Source: Actinomycetota bacterium (lineage in GTDB: Bacteria > Actinomycetota > AC-67). From it: a stretch of DNA of 60,225 nt. How positions within the stretch are numbered: position 1 is the stretch's first letter; every line of letters starts with the position of its first letter. The position numbers and the translations under genes were made by a program. Location: NCBI GenBank assembly GCA_044866075.1, contig JBIOTQ010000046.1, forward strand, positions 1-60,225, written 5' to 3'. Positions 46,758 to 57,178 of the stretch are shown here, piece by piece. The notes under the pieces are model-generated. The model was not told where the DNA came from and ran no database searches. It saw only the letters and a program-made list of their open reading frames with translations.

Positions 46758-48044
46758 CTACCCGAGCCCCAGCAGGACGTTGCGCGCTTCCGCGACGGTG
46801 TAGAAGGACCCCGCGATCAGGACGCAGTCCTCGTCGCCCGCTTGTTCGAGCGCGAGCGCGACCGCACCCTCCACGGTGTTCGTCGTGATCGCCTCGAACC
46901 CGAGCGCCTCCGCTTCCTTCGCGACCCGATCGGCGCCGGCGGCGCGCGTCGACGTCGGCCGCGTCGCGATCACCACGTCGGCCAGCGGCGCGAGGATGCG
47001 CGTCACGCCCGCGATGTCTTTGTCCGAGAGGATGCCGAGAACCAAGACCAGTCGCTCCCAGCGGAACGATTCCCCGACCGCATCGCGGAGCGATGTCGCC
47101 GCGTCGGGGTTGTGCGCGCCGTCGACGACGACGAGCGGCTGTCGCTTGACGACCTCGATCCGGCCGGGCGTTCGGACCGCGCCGAGGGCGGCGCGCAAGA
47201 CCGTGTCTTCGATCTCGCGATCGCCGGTGAACGCGGACACCGCGGCGACGCCGAGCAGCGCGTCGGTCGCCAGCCTCTCCCCGAACACCGGAACGAACAC
47301 CTCCTCGTACCGACGATCCCCCACGCGGAGGTCGAGCGCCTGCCCGCCGACGGCGAGCCGGCGGTCCTCGAGCGAGAAGCGCGACCCGTCGACGCGGAGC
47401 TCGGCGCCGGCCTCGCGACAGCGGCCCGCGATCACCTCGAGGACCGGCGGCGCCGTCTCGCCGGTGACGACGATGGTGTTGGGTTTGATGATGCCGGCCT
47501 TCTCGCGCGCGACCTCGACGGGCGTTCTCCCGAGCTCAGGGTGATCGACGGCAACTTCGGTGATGACGGCCACGCGCGAGTCGACGAGGTTCGTCGCGTC
47601 CCACTCCCCTCCCATGCCGACCTCGATCACGGCCGCATCGACGGCGCGCTCGGCGAACCACGTCTGCGCGAGGATCGTGAGCGTCTCGAAATAGGTGACG
47701 AGCTCTCCCCCCGCGTCCACCTGCGTGAGGTACGGCTCGAGGTACCCGAGCGTCTCGGCGAAGTCTTCCTCCGAGATCGGCGCCCCGTCGTACGCGATAC
47801 GTTCGCGGACGGAGTGCAGATGCGGCGACGTGTAGGTTCCGACGCGGAACCCCATCGCGCGGAGCACTTCGGTCGCCACGATGGCCGTCGATGTCTTCCC
47901 GTTCGTTCCCGTGATGTGGATCGACGGGTACGTCCGCTGCGGATGGTTCAGGAGCTCCGACAGCGCACGCATCCGATCGAGGTCGGGCACCATCCTGGTC
48001 GGCTGGCGCGCCTCGAGCGCGCGCAGCGCCTGCGTGAAGGTCAC
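46758..48044 (-). CDS. folC: Bifunctional folylpolyglutamate synthase / dihydrofolate synthase
   Basis: HITGTNGKTST P-loop and a Mur-ligase fold throughout. Confidence 0.9.
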   Translation of the reverse strand: MTFTQALRALEARQPTRMVPDLDRMRALSELLNHPQRTYPSIHITGTNGKTSTAIVATEVLRAMGFRVGTYTSPHLHSVRERIAYDGAPISEEDFAETLGYLEPYLTQVDAGGELVTYFETLTILAQTWFAERAVDAAVIEVGMGGEWDATNLVDSRVAVITEVAVDHPELGRTPVEVAREKAGIIKPNTIVVTGETAPPVLEVIAGRCREAGAELRVDGSRFSLEDRRLAVGGQALDLRVGDRRYEEVFVPVFGERLATDALLGVAAVSAFTGDREIEDTVLRAALGAVRTPGRIEVVKRQPLVVVDGAHNPDAATSLRDAVGESFRWERLVLVLGILSDKDIAGVTRILAPLADVVIATRPTSTRAAGADRVAKEAEALGFEAITTNTVEGAVALALEQAGDEDCVLIAGSFYTVAEARNVLLGLG

Positions 48045-48048
48045 CGGA

Positions 48049-50691
48049 TCAGCCCTCGAGATCCTTCAGCGCCGCACGCAGCCGTTGGAGCGCGTGCTCG
48101 GTCTCCGCGAGCCGCTCGCGCTGCTGCTCGATGACCTCTTCCTTGGCGTTGTTGATGAAGCCCGGGTTGGTGAGCTTGGTGCGTGACCTCTGGGCGTCTT
48201 CTTCGTGGCCGGCGATCTCCTTCGCGAGACGCGATCGTTCCGCGTCGAGGTCGAGTAGACCGGCGAGCGGCACGTGGATCGTCGCGCCGGGCACAACGAG
48301 CCGGGCCTGCGGTCCGCCGTGTCCGTTCGAGGGCGACACGGCGAACTCGCCCCATCCGGCGAGCGCGCGCACGCGCTCGATCTCCTCCCGGAGGATCGCC
48401 GCGAGCTGCGGATCGGCGATCTCCGCCTGCGCCTCGGGCCGCGCGGAGTGCGCGATCTTGTGGTCGGCGCGGAAGCGTCGCAGCGCGGACACGACGCCCA
48501 TGACGAACTCCATCTCCGTCTCGGCGTCACGGTCTTGGAGGGTCGGGTCGGGCCGCGGCCAGCGCGCGGTGATCGCCGTTCCGTTCGTGAGGGCCCCGTA
48601 CAGTTCCTCGGTCACGAACGGCATGAACGGGTGCAGCAGCCGCAGCACCGTCTCGAGCACGTGGCGCAGCACCGCGCGCGTCACGTCGGCGAACTCGCCG
48701 GTGCCGTGCAACGGGCCCTTCGCCCATTCCACGTACCAGTCGGCGAACTCGCTCCAGGTGAACTGGCGGAGCATCTGGGCCGCCCGAGCGAGGTCGTACT
48801 CCTCCATCGCCTCGTCCACCGCCGCCACGGTCGCGTCGAGGCGCGAGAGGATCCACCGATCCGCGCGGCTCCAGTACATGTTGGTCGATCGAAGGGAGAC
48901 GGTCCCGGGACTTCCCTCGAGATTCATGAAAACGAACCGCGAGATGTTCCAGAGCTTGTTCGCGAAGTTGCGGTCGCCCTCGATCCACTTCTCGGCGACC
49001 GGCACGTCGGAGCCCAGCGTCGCCGATCGCAGCAGCGTCATCCGCACCGCGTCGGCGCCGTAGCGATCGATCAGCTCGATCGGATCCATGGCGTTCCCGA
49101 GCGACTTCGACATCTTCTTGCCGCGGAAGTCGCGCACCATCCCGTGGATGTGGACGTCCTGGAACGGGATCTCGCGCATGAAGTGGACGCCCATCATCAT
49201 CATCCGCGAAACCCAGAACGTGATGATGTCGTACGCGGTCACGAGCGCCGACGTCGGGTAGTAGGTCTTGAGGTCTTCGGTCTCGTCCGGCCATCCGAGG
49301 GTGGAGAACGGCCACAGCGCGCTCGAGAACCACGTGTCGAGCACGTCCGGGTCCTGGGTCAGGTCGGTGGAACTGCACTCCGCGCATCCTTTCGGGTCCT
49401 CGACCGCCGCGAACTGGTGCCCGTCAGCACACGTGAACACCGGGATGCGATGTCCCCACCACAACTGGCGCGAGATGCACCAGTCGCGGAGGTTCTCCAT
49501 CCAGTTGAAGTAGTTTCGCTCGAAGCGCTTCGGCACGAAGCGCGTGCGCCCGTCGCGCACCGCCGCGATGGCGTCGCGCGCGAGCGTCTCCACCTTGACG
49601 AACCATTGCTCGGAGAGCCACGGCTCGACCTCGGTATGACAGCGCTGGCAATGACCGACCGAGTGGAAGTACGGACGCTCCTCCTTCTGGACGACGCCGA
49701 GCGCGCGCAGCTCCTCGAGGACGGCCTTGCGCGCCTCGTATCGCGACATGCCTTCGAACTTGCCGCCGTTCTCGTTGATCGTCGCGTCCGGCTCGAAGAT
49801 GTTGAGCGGCGGAAGACCGGTGCGCTGCGCGATCTCGAAGTCGGTCTGGTCGTGCGCCGGCGTGACCTTGACCGCGCCCGAGCCGAACGCCGGGTCGACG
49901 GCCTTGTCGGTGACGATGGGCAGCTCGCGCCCGACGATCGGCAGGATCGCCTTCTTCCCGACCAGGTGCTTGTAGCGGCCGTCGGCGGGACTCACGGCCA
50001 CGCCGGTGTCGCCGAGCATCGTCTCGACGCGGGTCGTCGCCACAGTGATGTGCCCCGAGCGATCGGCGAGCGGATAGTTGATGTGGATCAGCTCGCCCTC
50101 GACGTCGGAGTACTCCACCTCGACGTCGGAGATCGCCGTGGTATCGCGCGGACACCAGTTGATGATGCGGTTCCCACGGTAGATGAGGCCCTCGTCGTAC
50201 AGCGCGACGAACACCGTGCGGACGGCGCGCGAGAGGTCCTCGTCCATCGTGAACCGCTCGCGCGACCAGTCGACCGAGTCGCCGAGCCGGCGCATCTGCT
50301 GCGTGATCGTCCCGCCGGACTTCTCCTTCCACTCCCAGACGCGCTTCACGAACTCCTCGCGGCCGAGGTCGTGACGGGACTTCCCCTCGTGTTTGGCGAT
50401 CTCGCGTTCGACGACGTTCTGGGTCGCGATGCCCGCGTGGTCGGTGCCGGGCAACCACAGCGCTTTGTAGCCCTGCATCCTCCGCCGGCGGATGATCGCG
50501 TCCTGCACGGAGTGGTCGAGCGCGTGCCCCATATGCAGGATCCCGGTCACGTTGGGCGGCGGGAGCACGATGCAGAACGGCTCCCCGTCGCCCCGCGGGG
50601 CGAACGCCCCGGAGCGCTCCCACTCGGAGTAGATGCGCGCCTCGACGCTGTGCGGGTCGTACGCCTTGGGAAGCTCTTGGCTCAACTCCAT
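48049..50691 (-). CDS. valS: Valine--tRNA ligase
   Basis: [20 protein letters not shown] (HIGH), KMSKS and a C-terminal coiled coil. The GGAGG RBS abuts ATG 50691, so TTG at 50685 (6-nt spacing) is an alternative start. Confidence 0.93.
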   Translation of the reverse strand: MELSQELPKAYDPHSVEARIYSEWERSGAFAPRGDGEPFCIVLPPPNVTGILHMGHALDHSVQDAIIRRRRMQGYKALWLPGTDHAGIATQNVVEREIAKHEGKSRHDLGREEFVKRVWEWKEKSGGTITQQMRRLGDSVDWSRERFTMDEDLSRAVRTVFVALYDEGLIYRGNRIINWCPRDTTAISDVEVEYSDVEGELIHINYPLADRSGHITVATTRVETMLGDTGVAVSPADGRYKHLVGKKAILPIVGRELPIVTDKAVDPAFGSGAVKVTPAHDQTDFEIAQRTGLPPLNIFEPDATINENGGKFEGMSRYEARKAVLEELRALGVVQKEERPYFHSVGHCQRCHTEVEPWLSEQWFVKVETLARDAIAAVRDGRTRFVPKRFERNYFNWMENLRDWCISRQLWWGHRIPVFTCADGHQFAAVEDPKGCAECSSTDLTQDPDVLDTWFSSALWPFSTLGWPDETEDLKTYYPTSALVTAYDIITFWVSRMMMMGVHFMREIPFQDVHIHGMVRDFRGKKMSKSLGNAMDPIELIDRYGADAVRMTLLRSATLGSDVPVAEKWIEGDRNFANKLWNISRFVFMNLEGSPGTVSLRSTNMYWSRADRWILSRLDATVAAVDEAMEEYDLARAAQMLRQFTWSEFADWYVEWAKGPLHGTGEFADVTRAVLRHVLETVLRLLHPFMPFVTEELYGALTNGTAITARWPRPDPTLQDRDAETEMEFVMGVVSALRRFRADHKIAHSARPEAQAEIADPQLAAILREEIERVRALAGWGEFAVSPSNGHGGPQARLVVPGATIHVPLAGLLDLDAERSRLAKEIAGHEEDAQRSRTKLTNPGFINNAKEEVIEQQRERLAETEHALQRLRAALKDLEG

Positions 50692-50703
50692 CCTCCGCCC
50701 ATG

Positions 50704-50725
50704 AAAAAGGACCCTCGTAGGGTCC
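50704..50725 (-). promoter_or_regulatory. Terminator-like hairpin plus U5 tract inside the valS 5' leader
   Basis: On the minus strand: GGACCCU-ACG-AGGGUCC followed by UUUUU, ending 2 nt before the valS RBS (GGGCGGAGG). There is no upstream co-directional gene for it to terminate. Confidence 0.4.
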
Positions 50726-50801
50726 CGGAAGGCTAACAGGCGCGGTCGCCTACACCCCTCCGGGCGAGCCGACTACGACTACGAACGTCATCGTGGGGTC
50801 G

Positions 50802-50810
50802 ATTGTAACA
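50802..50810 (-). promoter_or_regulatory. Candidate extended -10 promoter element for valS
   Basis: The minus strand reads TGTTACAAT (TGn + TACAAT) about 110 nt upstream of the valS start. The -35 is weak (CGAACA). Confidence 0.35.
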
Positions 50811-50853
50811 CCGGCCTTGACTCGTGTTCGCTCATTCGCGCACGCTGCACAGG

Positions 50854-52191
50854 ATGAAGCCGCCGCCGATCAGGTGGGCCGACGGACCGGGGGGAAAGAT
50901 CGGATACCAGGTCCTCGGCGACGGTCCTCTCGATCTCGTCTTCGTGCAACCCGGACGCTCGAACCTCGACGTGCAGTGGGAGCACCTACCACTGGAACGT
51001 TTCTTCCTGCGGCTCGCCTCGTTCTCGCGCCTGATGCTCATCAACTTCAGAGGATTCGGGCTCGCCGACCCCGTTCGAGGCGGCGACCCTCACCCGATCG
51101 AGGACTCGATGGATGATCTCAACGCGGTGCTCGACGCGGTCGGGTCAAACACCACCGCCATTCTCGGCATGGAAACAGCGGGCGTCGTCCCGATCCTTTT
51201 CGCTGCGACGTTTCCTGGAAGGGTGCGGGCTCTCGCCTTGGTAAATGCGTGCGCGACGTTGCGTCGGCGCGAGGATTATCCGACGGGGATTCCCGACAAG
51301 GCAATGGATCGCTTCGCTCTGCAGGTGGAGGCCACCTGGGGTACGGGTGAAACACTCGATTGGCTCGCACCGGAGATGGCAACGAACGATCATTTCAGGG
51401 AATGGTTCGCTCGCCTCGAGCGATCGTCTGTGGCTCCCTCGATGGTGCAAGAGGGTTGGCGGCAGGCGGCAAACTGCGACGTGCGCAGCGTCCTCGGCTT
51501 GGTCAGGACGCCGACCTTAGTCATCTCGCACGAGGGTCACCCGTTCATCCGGCCCGGTCACGGACGTTACCTCGCCGAGCACCTCGCCAATGCGCGGTAC
51601 GTGGAGCGCCCCGGTTTCTGGGGTCTCTACTGGATCCACGACTCCGACTGGGTACTCGACGAGGTCGAGACATTCCTGACGGGAACGAAGGCCCAGCCCG
51701 TCCTCGATGATCGCGTCCTCTCCACCGTCCTTTTCACCGACATCGTCGGATCCACGGAGCGAGCGGTCGGATTGGGCGACCGCCGCTGGCACAGGTTGCT
51801 GGACGAGCACGATGATCTGATGAGACGTGAAGTCGAGCGTTTCGAAGGCCACGTCGTCGAGCTGTCAGGGGATGGGTTGTTGGTGACGTTCCCCCGGCCG
51901 GCGAAGGCCATCCGATGCGCGGTCGCCTTGACCGAGGCAATACGCACACTGGGCCTGGAGGTCCGTGCCGGACTTCACACCGGCGAGATCGAACTGCGCG
52001 GAGATCGGGTCGCCGGCATCGCTGTTCACATCGCCGCTCGGGTCACGGCTCAGGCCGGTGCCGGAGAAGTACTCGTTTCCAGCGCCGTTCCCCCTTTGGT
52101 CGCAGGATCAGGCCTCGAATTCGACGATCGCGGAACGCGTGACCTCAAGGGCGTCCCAGGCGAATGGCGCCTCTACGCAGTGAAGGCGTAG
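50854..52191 (+). CDS. Alpha/beta-hydrolase domain fused to a C-terminal class III nucleotidyl cyclase (LipJ/Rv1900c-like architecture)
   Basis: N-terminal hydrolase-fold region (LVFVQPG...LINFRGFGLAD). Cyclase motifs TVLFTDIVGST, LSGDGLLVTF and GIAVHIAARV. Start uncertain: GTG 50824 or ATG 50854. Confidence 0.8.
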   Translation: MKPPPIRWADGPGGKIGYQVLGDGPLDLVFVQPGRSNLDVQWEHLPLERFFLRLASFSRLMLINFRGFGLADPVRGGDPHPIEDSMDDLNAVLDAVGSNTTAILGMETAGVVPILFAATFPGRVRALALVNACATLRRREDYPTGIPDKAMDRFALQVEATWGTGETLDWLAPEMATNDHFREWFARLERSSVAPSMVQEGWRQAANCDVRSVLGLVRTPTLVISHEGHPFIRPGHGRYLAEHLANARYVERPGFWGLYWIHDSDWVLDEVETFLTGTKAQPVLDDRVLSTVLFTDIVGSTERAVGLGDRRWHRLLDEHDDLMRREVERFEGHVVELSGDGLLVTFPRPAKAIRCAVALTEAIRTLGLEVRAGLHTGEIELRGDRVAGIAVHIAARVTAQAGAGEVLVSSAVPPLVAGSGLEFDDRGTRDLKGVPGEWRLYAVKA

Positions 52192-52261
52192 CGAGCAACC
52201 GTTTGCCCCCTGTCCCGGCGGGAAGGATGGAGGTATCCAACCGGCTCGGAGGAGGTTTCCT

Positions 52262-52747
52262 ATGTTGAAACCGCGTGACATCAGCCAGCTGGGGATGGGC
52301 CTCGCGGACAAGACGATCGGACTCGTGTTCGAGGCGACAGGGACGATCGTCGGCAGCGAACGACTCAAGGAAGCCGGGCGCACGCGACAGCAGGCGGGAA
52401 GCGAGCGCCTCATAGCCGTCGAGGAAGAGACGAAGGCGACGAGCCGCTCGGCCGAGGCGAAGGCACAGGAACAACGACAGAAACAGCACCAGCCCCCGAG
52501 CAAGCGCTCACCCGGACGGTCGTTCGATGAACAAGCGTCCGCAGCAGGCGGTGCGGTCGAGAAGGTCAAGGGCGCGGCGAAGCAGGGCCTCGGCGTCGTG
52601 ACCCGTGACGAGGAGCTGCGCGCCGAAGGCGAAGCGCAGCAAGAGAAGGCGGAAGCACAGACGCAGGCGCGCAAGCACGAAGCAAAATCCGAGTACCACG
52701 AGAAGAAGGCCGAGACCGCACTCTCCAGGTCACAGGCACAGCGCTAA
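52262..52747 (+). CDS. CsbD-like stress protein (two CsbD-like repeats, charged linker)
   Basis: RBS GGAGGAGG. KVKGAAKQGLGVVTRDEELRAEGEAQQ is the CsbD signature, and a weaker copy lies near the N-terminus. Confidence 0.65.
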   Translation: MLKPRDISQLGMGLADKTIGLVFEATGTIVGSERLKEAGRTRQQAGSERLIAVEEETKATSRSAEAKAQEQRQKQHQPPSKRSPGRSFDEQASAAGGAVEKVKGAAKQGLGVVTRDEELRAEGEAQQEKAEAQTQARKHEAKSEYHEKKAETALSRSQAQR

Positions 52748-52763
52748 AGAGTCTGCATAAGCT

Positions 52764-52804
52764 GCCGGGCCGCCTCCCAGAGTGGCGGCCCGGCTTTCGT
52801 TTCG
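52764..52804 (+). terminator. Intrinsic terminator after the CsbD-like gene
   Basis: GCCGGGCCGCC-tcccagagt-GGCGGCCCGGC followed by TTTCGTTTCG. Confidence 0.7.
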
Positions 52805-52914
52805 CACTCGAAGTTGGCGCTCGGTCCTACGTAGATCTACGCACGAACCACCGTTATTTCGCTCCATTGCTCGCCTCGCTCCCTGCAAGAAGAATCGAAC
52901 CAAGGGGGTGTGAG

Positions 52915-53460
52915 ATGAAACGATCGACCTTGATCGTTTTGACGGCGATCATCGCGCTCGTCGTCGTCGCATTCGCAGGGTCCGCGCTCGCGGCGAACCC
53001 GAACGCCGGTTGCAACCAGACGCCGTACGAGAACCCGTCTGGCAACGGCGCGAACCACAGCGGCGCGTACGACGACACGTGCGACGGTTCGGCGTCGCAG
53101 AACGGGAACGGCGGCGGGCACGCGTTCGGGAAACCGTGCGCCGGATGCGTCGGCAACGCCGACGAGAAGAACCCGCCGGGTCAGGCTCCCGACGGCAGCG
53201 ACTCGAACCATGGGTACGAGTGCGACGAGAACTCGGGCATCGGCAAGACGAACCCCGCGCACACCGGTTGCACGTCGACCACGGAGAATCCGCCGGAAGA
53301 GATTCCGCCCGGCGAGAATCCTCCCGGTACCGAGGTCCTCGGACGGAAGTTGACCAGACCGCTCGCGACGACCGGCGTCCCGGTGCCCGTGTTCCTCGGT
53401 GTGGCTCTCTTTTTCCTGATCGGCGGAGTCACGCTGCGCACGACCGCATCGAAAGCCTAG
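52915..53460 (+). CDS. Secreted Cys/Gly/Asn-rich protein with a C-terminal LAxTG-type sortase sorting signal
   Basis: ATG at 52915 after AAGGGGG. Signal peptide MKRSTLIVLTAIIALVVVAFAGSALA, six Cys, and C-terminal PLATTG + hydrophobic segment + RTTASKA. Confidence 0.7.
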   Translation: MKRSTLIVLTAIIALVVVAFAGSALAANPNAGCNQTPYENPSGNGANHSGAYDDTCDGSASQNGNGGGHAFGKPCAGCVGNADEKNPPGQAPDGSDSNHGYECDENSGIGKTNPAHTGCTSTTENPPEEIPPGENPPGTEVLGRKLTRPLATTGVPVPVFLGVALFFLIGGVTLRTTASKA

Positions 53461-53477
53461 AGCGCACCAAGCGAAAC

Positions 53478-53507
53478 GCCCGCGCCGCACTTCCCGGCGG
53501 CGCGGGC
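53478..53507. terminator. Bidirectional terminator hairpin between convergent LAxTG gene and clpX
   Basis: GCCCGCGCCGC-acttcccg-GCGGCGCGGGC, followed by ATTTCC on the plus strand and GTTTCG on the minus strand. Confidence 0.55.
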
Positions 53508-53583
53508 ATTTCCGATGCGCGTGAGAAAAACGTCAGACACGTCAGACGCATGCCAGACGGTCGAGGCGGCAGGGTGGCGCGGC

Positions 53584-54870
53584 CTAGGCGGAGCGCTCGC
53601 GCCGGACCTTCGGGGTCGGCGCGGGGGCTTCCTCGCCGGCGCGAAGCACCAGCGTCGGGTTCACCTTCGAGAGGACGGTCTCGCGGGTGATCATGCACTT
53701 CGAGACGTCCTTCCGGCTCGGCAGCTCGTACATCACGCCGAGCAGAACCTCTTCCATGATCGCGCGGAGCCCGCGGGCGCCGGTGCCGCGCTTCATGGCT
53801 TCCTCGGACACGGCTTCGAGCGCGGAGTCTTCGAACTCGAGGTTCACGCCGTCGAACTCGAAGAACTTGCGGTACTGCTTCACGAGCGCGTTCTTCGGCT
53901 GCGTGAGGATCTGGATGAGCGCGTCCTTGTCGAGGTTGTGCACGAACGACACGACCGGGAGGCGGCCGACGAACTCTGGGATCAGACCGAACTTGAGCAG
54001 ATCCTCCGGCATCGTCGACGACAGCACCTGGCCGAGGTCCTTCTCCTCCGGCCGGCGGATGTCGGCGCCGAAGCCGACCCCCTTCCGGCCGGTGCGGTCC
54101 TCGATGAGCTTCTCGAGGCCGGCGAACGCACCGCCGCAGATGAACAGGATGTTCGTCGTGTCGATCTGGATGAACTCTTGGTGCGGGTGCTTGCGGCCGC
54201 CCTGCGGGGGCACGCTCGCCGTGGTGCCCTCGAGGATCTTCAGCAAGGCCTGCTGCACGCCTTCACCGGAGACGTCGCGCGTGATCGACGGGTTCTCGCT
54301 CTTCCGCGCGATCTTGTCGACCTCGTCGATGTAGATGATTCCCGTCTCCGCCTTCTTCACGTCGTAGTCGGCGGCCTGGATCAGCTTCAGCAAGATGTTC
54401 TCGACGTCCTCCCCGACGTAGCCGGCCTCGGTCAGCGCCGTCGCGTCGGCGATCGCGAAGGGAACGTTCAGCATCCGCGCCAGCGTCTGCGCCAGGAGCG
54501 TCTTGCCGCAGCCCGTCGGGCCGAGCAGGAGGATGTTCGACTTCTGGAGCTCGACCTCGTTGTCGTGGTAGGCGCCGACCTGGATCCGCTTGTAGTGGTT
54601 GTAGACCGCGACCGAGAGGATCTTCTTCGCCTGCTCCTGACCGATCACGTAATCGTTCAGGAACTCGTAGATGTCCTTCGGCTTCGGAAGCTCCTCGAGC
54701 TTCAGCTCGGTGGTTTCCGAAAGTTCCTCTTCGATGATCTCGTTACAGAGATCGATGCACTCGTCGCAGATGTAGACGCCGGGCCCGGCGATGAGCTTCT
54801 TGACCTGTTTCTGCGATTTCCCGCAGAAGGAACACTTCAGCAGGTCTCCGCCGTCTCCGAATTTCGCCAC
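53584..54870 (-). CDS. clpX: ATP-dependent Clp protease ATP-binding subunit ClpX
   Basis: Zn finger CSFCGKSQ...CDEC, Walker [18 protein letters not shown]. Confidence 0.96.
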   Translation of the reverse strand: MAKFGDGGDLLKCSFCGKSQKQVKKLIAGPGVYICDECIDLCNEIIEEELSETTELKLEELPKPKDIYEFLNDYVIGQEQAKKILSVAVYNHYKRIQVGAYHDNEVELQKSNILLLGPTGCGKTLLAQTLARMLNVPFAIADATALTEAGYVGEDVENILLKLIQAADYDVKKAETGIIYIDEVDKIARKSENPSITRDVSGEGVQQALLKILEGTTASVPPQGGRKHPHQEFIQIDTTNILFICGGAFAGLEKLIEDRTGRKGVGFGADIRRPEEKDLGQVLSSTMPEDLLKFGLIPEFVGRLPVVSFVHNLDKDALIQILTQPKNALVKQYRKFFEFDGVNLEFEDSALEAVSEEAMKRGTGARGLRAIMEEVLLGVMYELPSRKDVSKCMITRETVLSKVNPTLVLRAGEEAPAPTPKVRRERSA

Positions 54871-54892
54871 CCCGGCTCCTGTGTGTTTGTTG

Positions 54893-55516
54893 TTATCCCG
54901 CCACAGCCGCGGCCGCTACGGCACGCGCTTCCCGCGTTGTGATGATCTCGTCAACGATACCATAGGCTTTCGCCTCTTCCGCGGTCATGATGAAGTCCCT
55001 ATCTGTGTCTTTCGAAACTTTCTCCAGCGGCTGGCCCGTGTGTTTCGCGAGAAGCTCGTCGAGCAGCCGGCGGTAGCGAAGGATCTCTTTCGCCTGGATC
55101 TCGATGTCGACGGCCTGGCCACCGGCCTGGCCGTGGGGCTGGTGGATCAGGATGCGCGCGTGCGGCAGCGCGTAGCGCTTGCCCTTCGTGCCGGCCGAGA
55201 GCAGCACCGCCGCGGCGCTCGCGGCCTGCCCCATGCACAGCGTCGAGACGTCCGGCTTGATGTATTCCATCGTGTCGTAGATCGCGAACAGCGCGGTGAT
55301 CGATCCGCCCGGCGAGTTGATGTAGATCGAGATGTCCTTCGTCGGGTCTTCGGCCTCGAGGTGGATCAGCTGCGCCATGATGAGGTTCGCGACGGTGTCG
55401 TCGACCTCGGTGCCGAGGAAGACGATGCGCTCCTTCAAAAGGCGCGAGTAGATGTCGAAGCTGCGCTCGCCGCGGTTCGTCTGCTCGACGACGATCGGAA
55501 CCATGTAGTTCTTCAT
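54893..55516 (-). CDS. clpP: ATP-dependent Clp protease proteolytic subunit (single copy here)
   Basis: [24 protein letters not shown] (active-site Ser), HQP. Confidence 0.95.
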   Translation of the reverse strand: MKNYMVPIVVEQTNRGERSFDIYSRLLKERIVFLGTEVDDTVANLIMAQLIHLEAEDPTKDISIYINSPGGSITALFAIYDTMEYIKPDVSTLCMGQAASAAAVLLSAGTKGKRYALPHARILIHQPHGQAGGQAVDIEIQAKEILRYRRLLDELLAKHTGQPLEKVSKDTDRDFIMTAEEAKAYGIVDEIITTREARAVAAAAVAG

Positions 55517-56850
55517 TTGGTCGCTCCTTGTTGTGACTCTTTGGGCCCTGTCGTGGTGGAGACTTCGTCCTTGATCTCGGCGCGTTCGACGATCAGGTCA
55601 AGCGCCTTGCGTCTGATGATATCAGCGGCCAGGGCACCCATCCGGCCACCTGATTCGAGCTGATCCCGCAGCTCCTTGTCTTCTTTCCCGAGCGCTTTGG
55701 CGTGTTCGGAGAGTTCGGCCGCAACCTCCTCATCCGACGCAGCGAACCCTTCCTTTTTCCCGACCTCCTCCAGGATCAGCTGAGCCGCCACGTTGCGCTC
55801 CGCCTGTCCGCGGAGGTCGGCCTCGACCTGCTCCTCGGTCTGGCCGGTGCGCTCCAGGTACTGCGGGATCGTGACGCCCGCGCGCCGCAGCTGATCGGAG
55901 AAGCGCGCGAGCCGGTAGCTCATCTCTTCGTTCAGGAGCGCGTCGGGTACGACGAGCGCGGTGTCCGAGACGACCTTCTCGAGCACGCGATTCCGCGTTT
56001 CGGCCTCCGACGTCACGCGCTTCACCTCGCCGATCTTTTCGCGGAGGTCTGCACGCAATTCGTCCAAGGTGTCGAACTCGGACGCCGTTTTCGCGAACTC
56101 GTCGTCGAGCGCCGGGAGGTTCTTCTGCCGGATCTCTTTCACCAGAACCTGGAACGAGATCTCCTTGCCGCCGAATTCTCCGGGGTACGAATCCGGGAGC
56201 GTCGCGTTGAACTTAAAGATGTCGCCCTGCCGCGCGCCGTCGAGCTCCTGGTCGAGCTCGGGCACGAAGCGTCCGGAGCCGATCTCGTAGAGTAGGTCGG
56301 TCGCGGAGGCTTCCTCGATCCTGTTGTCGTGCTGGTAGCCGTTGAGGTCGATCAGCGCGAAGTCGCCGCGGCGGCCGGGCCGCGCGACGGTCTCCAGCGT
56401 TGCGAAGCGCTCGCGCAGCCGCTCCAGCTGATCGTTGAGCTCTTCGTCCGTCACCTCGACCGACGGCCGCTCGACGCTGATCGTCGAGAAGTCGGGAAGC
56501 GTGATCTCGGGGCGGACCTCGACGACGGCGTCGAACGTGAAGCCGGCCTTCTCGTCGTAGGAGGTGACTTCGATCTCGGGCAACGTGATCGGCTGCACGT
56601 CGCTTCCGGTCATCGCTTCACGGAAGAGCTCGGGGACCGCCTCACGGATCGCGGCGTCCTTGATCTGGTCCGGCCCGAGCCGGGCCTCGAGCACCGGGCG
56701 CGGAACGTGGCCCTTCCGGAAGCCGGGGATCCTGACCTCGCTGCCGAGGCGCTTGACCGCGCGCTGGACGGCCGGCGCGATCTCCTCGGGGGTCGCCTCG
56801 ACGGTGATGCGGACCTTCGTCGGTCCCTCTTGGGTTACGGTGGATTTCAT
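55513..56850 (-). CDS. tig: Trigger factor
   Basis: ATG at 56850 ([18 protein letters not shown]). [11 protein letters not shown] ribosome-binding motif and a central FKBP-like domain. ATGA overlap with clpP. Confidence 0.93.
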   Translation of the reverse strand: MKSTVTQEGPTKVRITVEATPEEIAPAVQRAVKRLGSEVRIPGFRKGHVPRPVLEARLGPDQIKDAAIREAVPELFREAMTGSDVQPITLPEIEVTSYDEKAGFTFDAVVEVRPEITLPDFSTISVERPSVEVTDEELNDQLERLRERFATLETVARPGRRGDFALIDLNGYQHDNRIEEASATDLLYEIGSGRFVPELDQELDGARQGDIFKFNATLPDSYPGEFGGKEISFQVLVKEIRQKNLPALDDEFAKTASEFDTLDELRADLREKIGEVKRVTSEAETRNRVLEKVVSDTALVVPDALLNEEMSYRLARFSDQLRRAGVTIPQYLERTGQTEEQVEADLRGQAERNVAAQLILEEVGKKEGFAASDEEVAAELSEHAKALGKEDKELRDQLESGGRMGALAADIIRRKALDLIVERAEIKDEVSTTTGPKESQQGATK

Positions 56851-56936
56851 GGAGAGGGGCCGATGATAGCGCGGCGAGAACTGCGGCAGAGCCGGTTCGG
56901 CCTGCGAGTATCCTTCGTGGAGCCGGCCCGGTCGCA

Positions 56937-57011
56937 CGGGGCGTAGCGCAGCTTGGTTAGCGCGCCTGCTTTGGGAGCAGGAGGTCGGCGGTTCGAATCC
57001 GCCCGCCCCGA
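56937..57011 (+). tRNA. tRNA-Pro (anticodon TGG)
   Basis: Hand-folded cloverleaf: CGGGGCG/CGCCCCG acceptor, GCGC D-stem, CCTGC-TTTGGGA-GCAGG anticodon arm, GGCGG-TTCGAAT-CCGCC T-arm. No encoded CCA. Confidence 0.9.
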
Positions 57012-57012
57012 C
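56967..57012 (+). repeat. Direct repeat copy 1 (attL-like): 3' 45 nt of tRNA-Pro plus 1 nt
   Basis: tgctttgggagcaggaggtcggcggttcgaatccgcccgccccgac is identical to 58386-58431. Confidence 0.85.
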
Positions 57013-57178
57013 TACCAGCAGAAATAGCCAGACGGGCTATTGCACACCGCTTGTACGACCGACAACTCGCCCTCCCGAACCACGAAACAGGCGGTCAGAG
57101 CGATGGATACGACCAGGCCTGGAAGGTATCGGCACACCTGCCCACTTAGTGCGGCGGCGACCGCCTGGCCCAGCACGT

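Noticed and set aside
48274-50736. 820-aa plus-strand ORF covering the whole valS region
   Set aside because: It is antisense to an unmistakable valS. Its translation is Arg/Gly/Asp/His/Pro-rich with no motifs. This is a typical high-GC antisense artefact.
54893-55516. A single clpP where many actinobacteria have a clpP1-clpP2 pair
   Set aside because: A second clpP may lie elsewhere in the genome, which cannot be judged from one window. I note it only.
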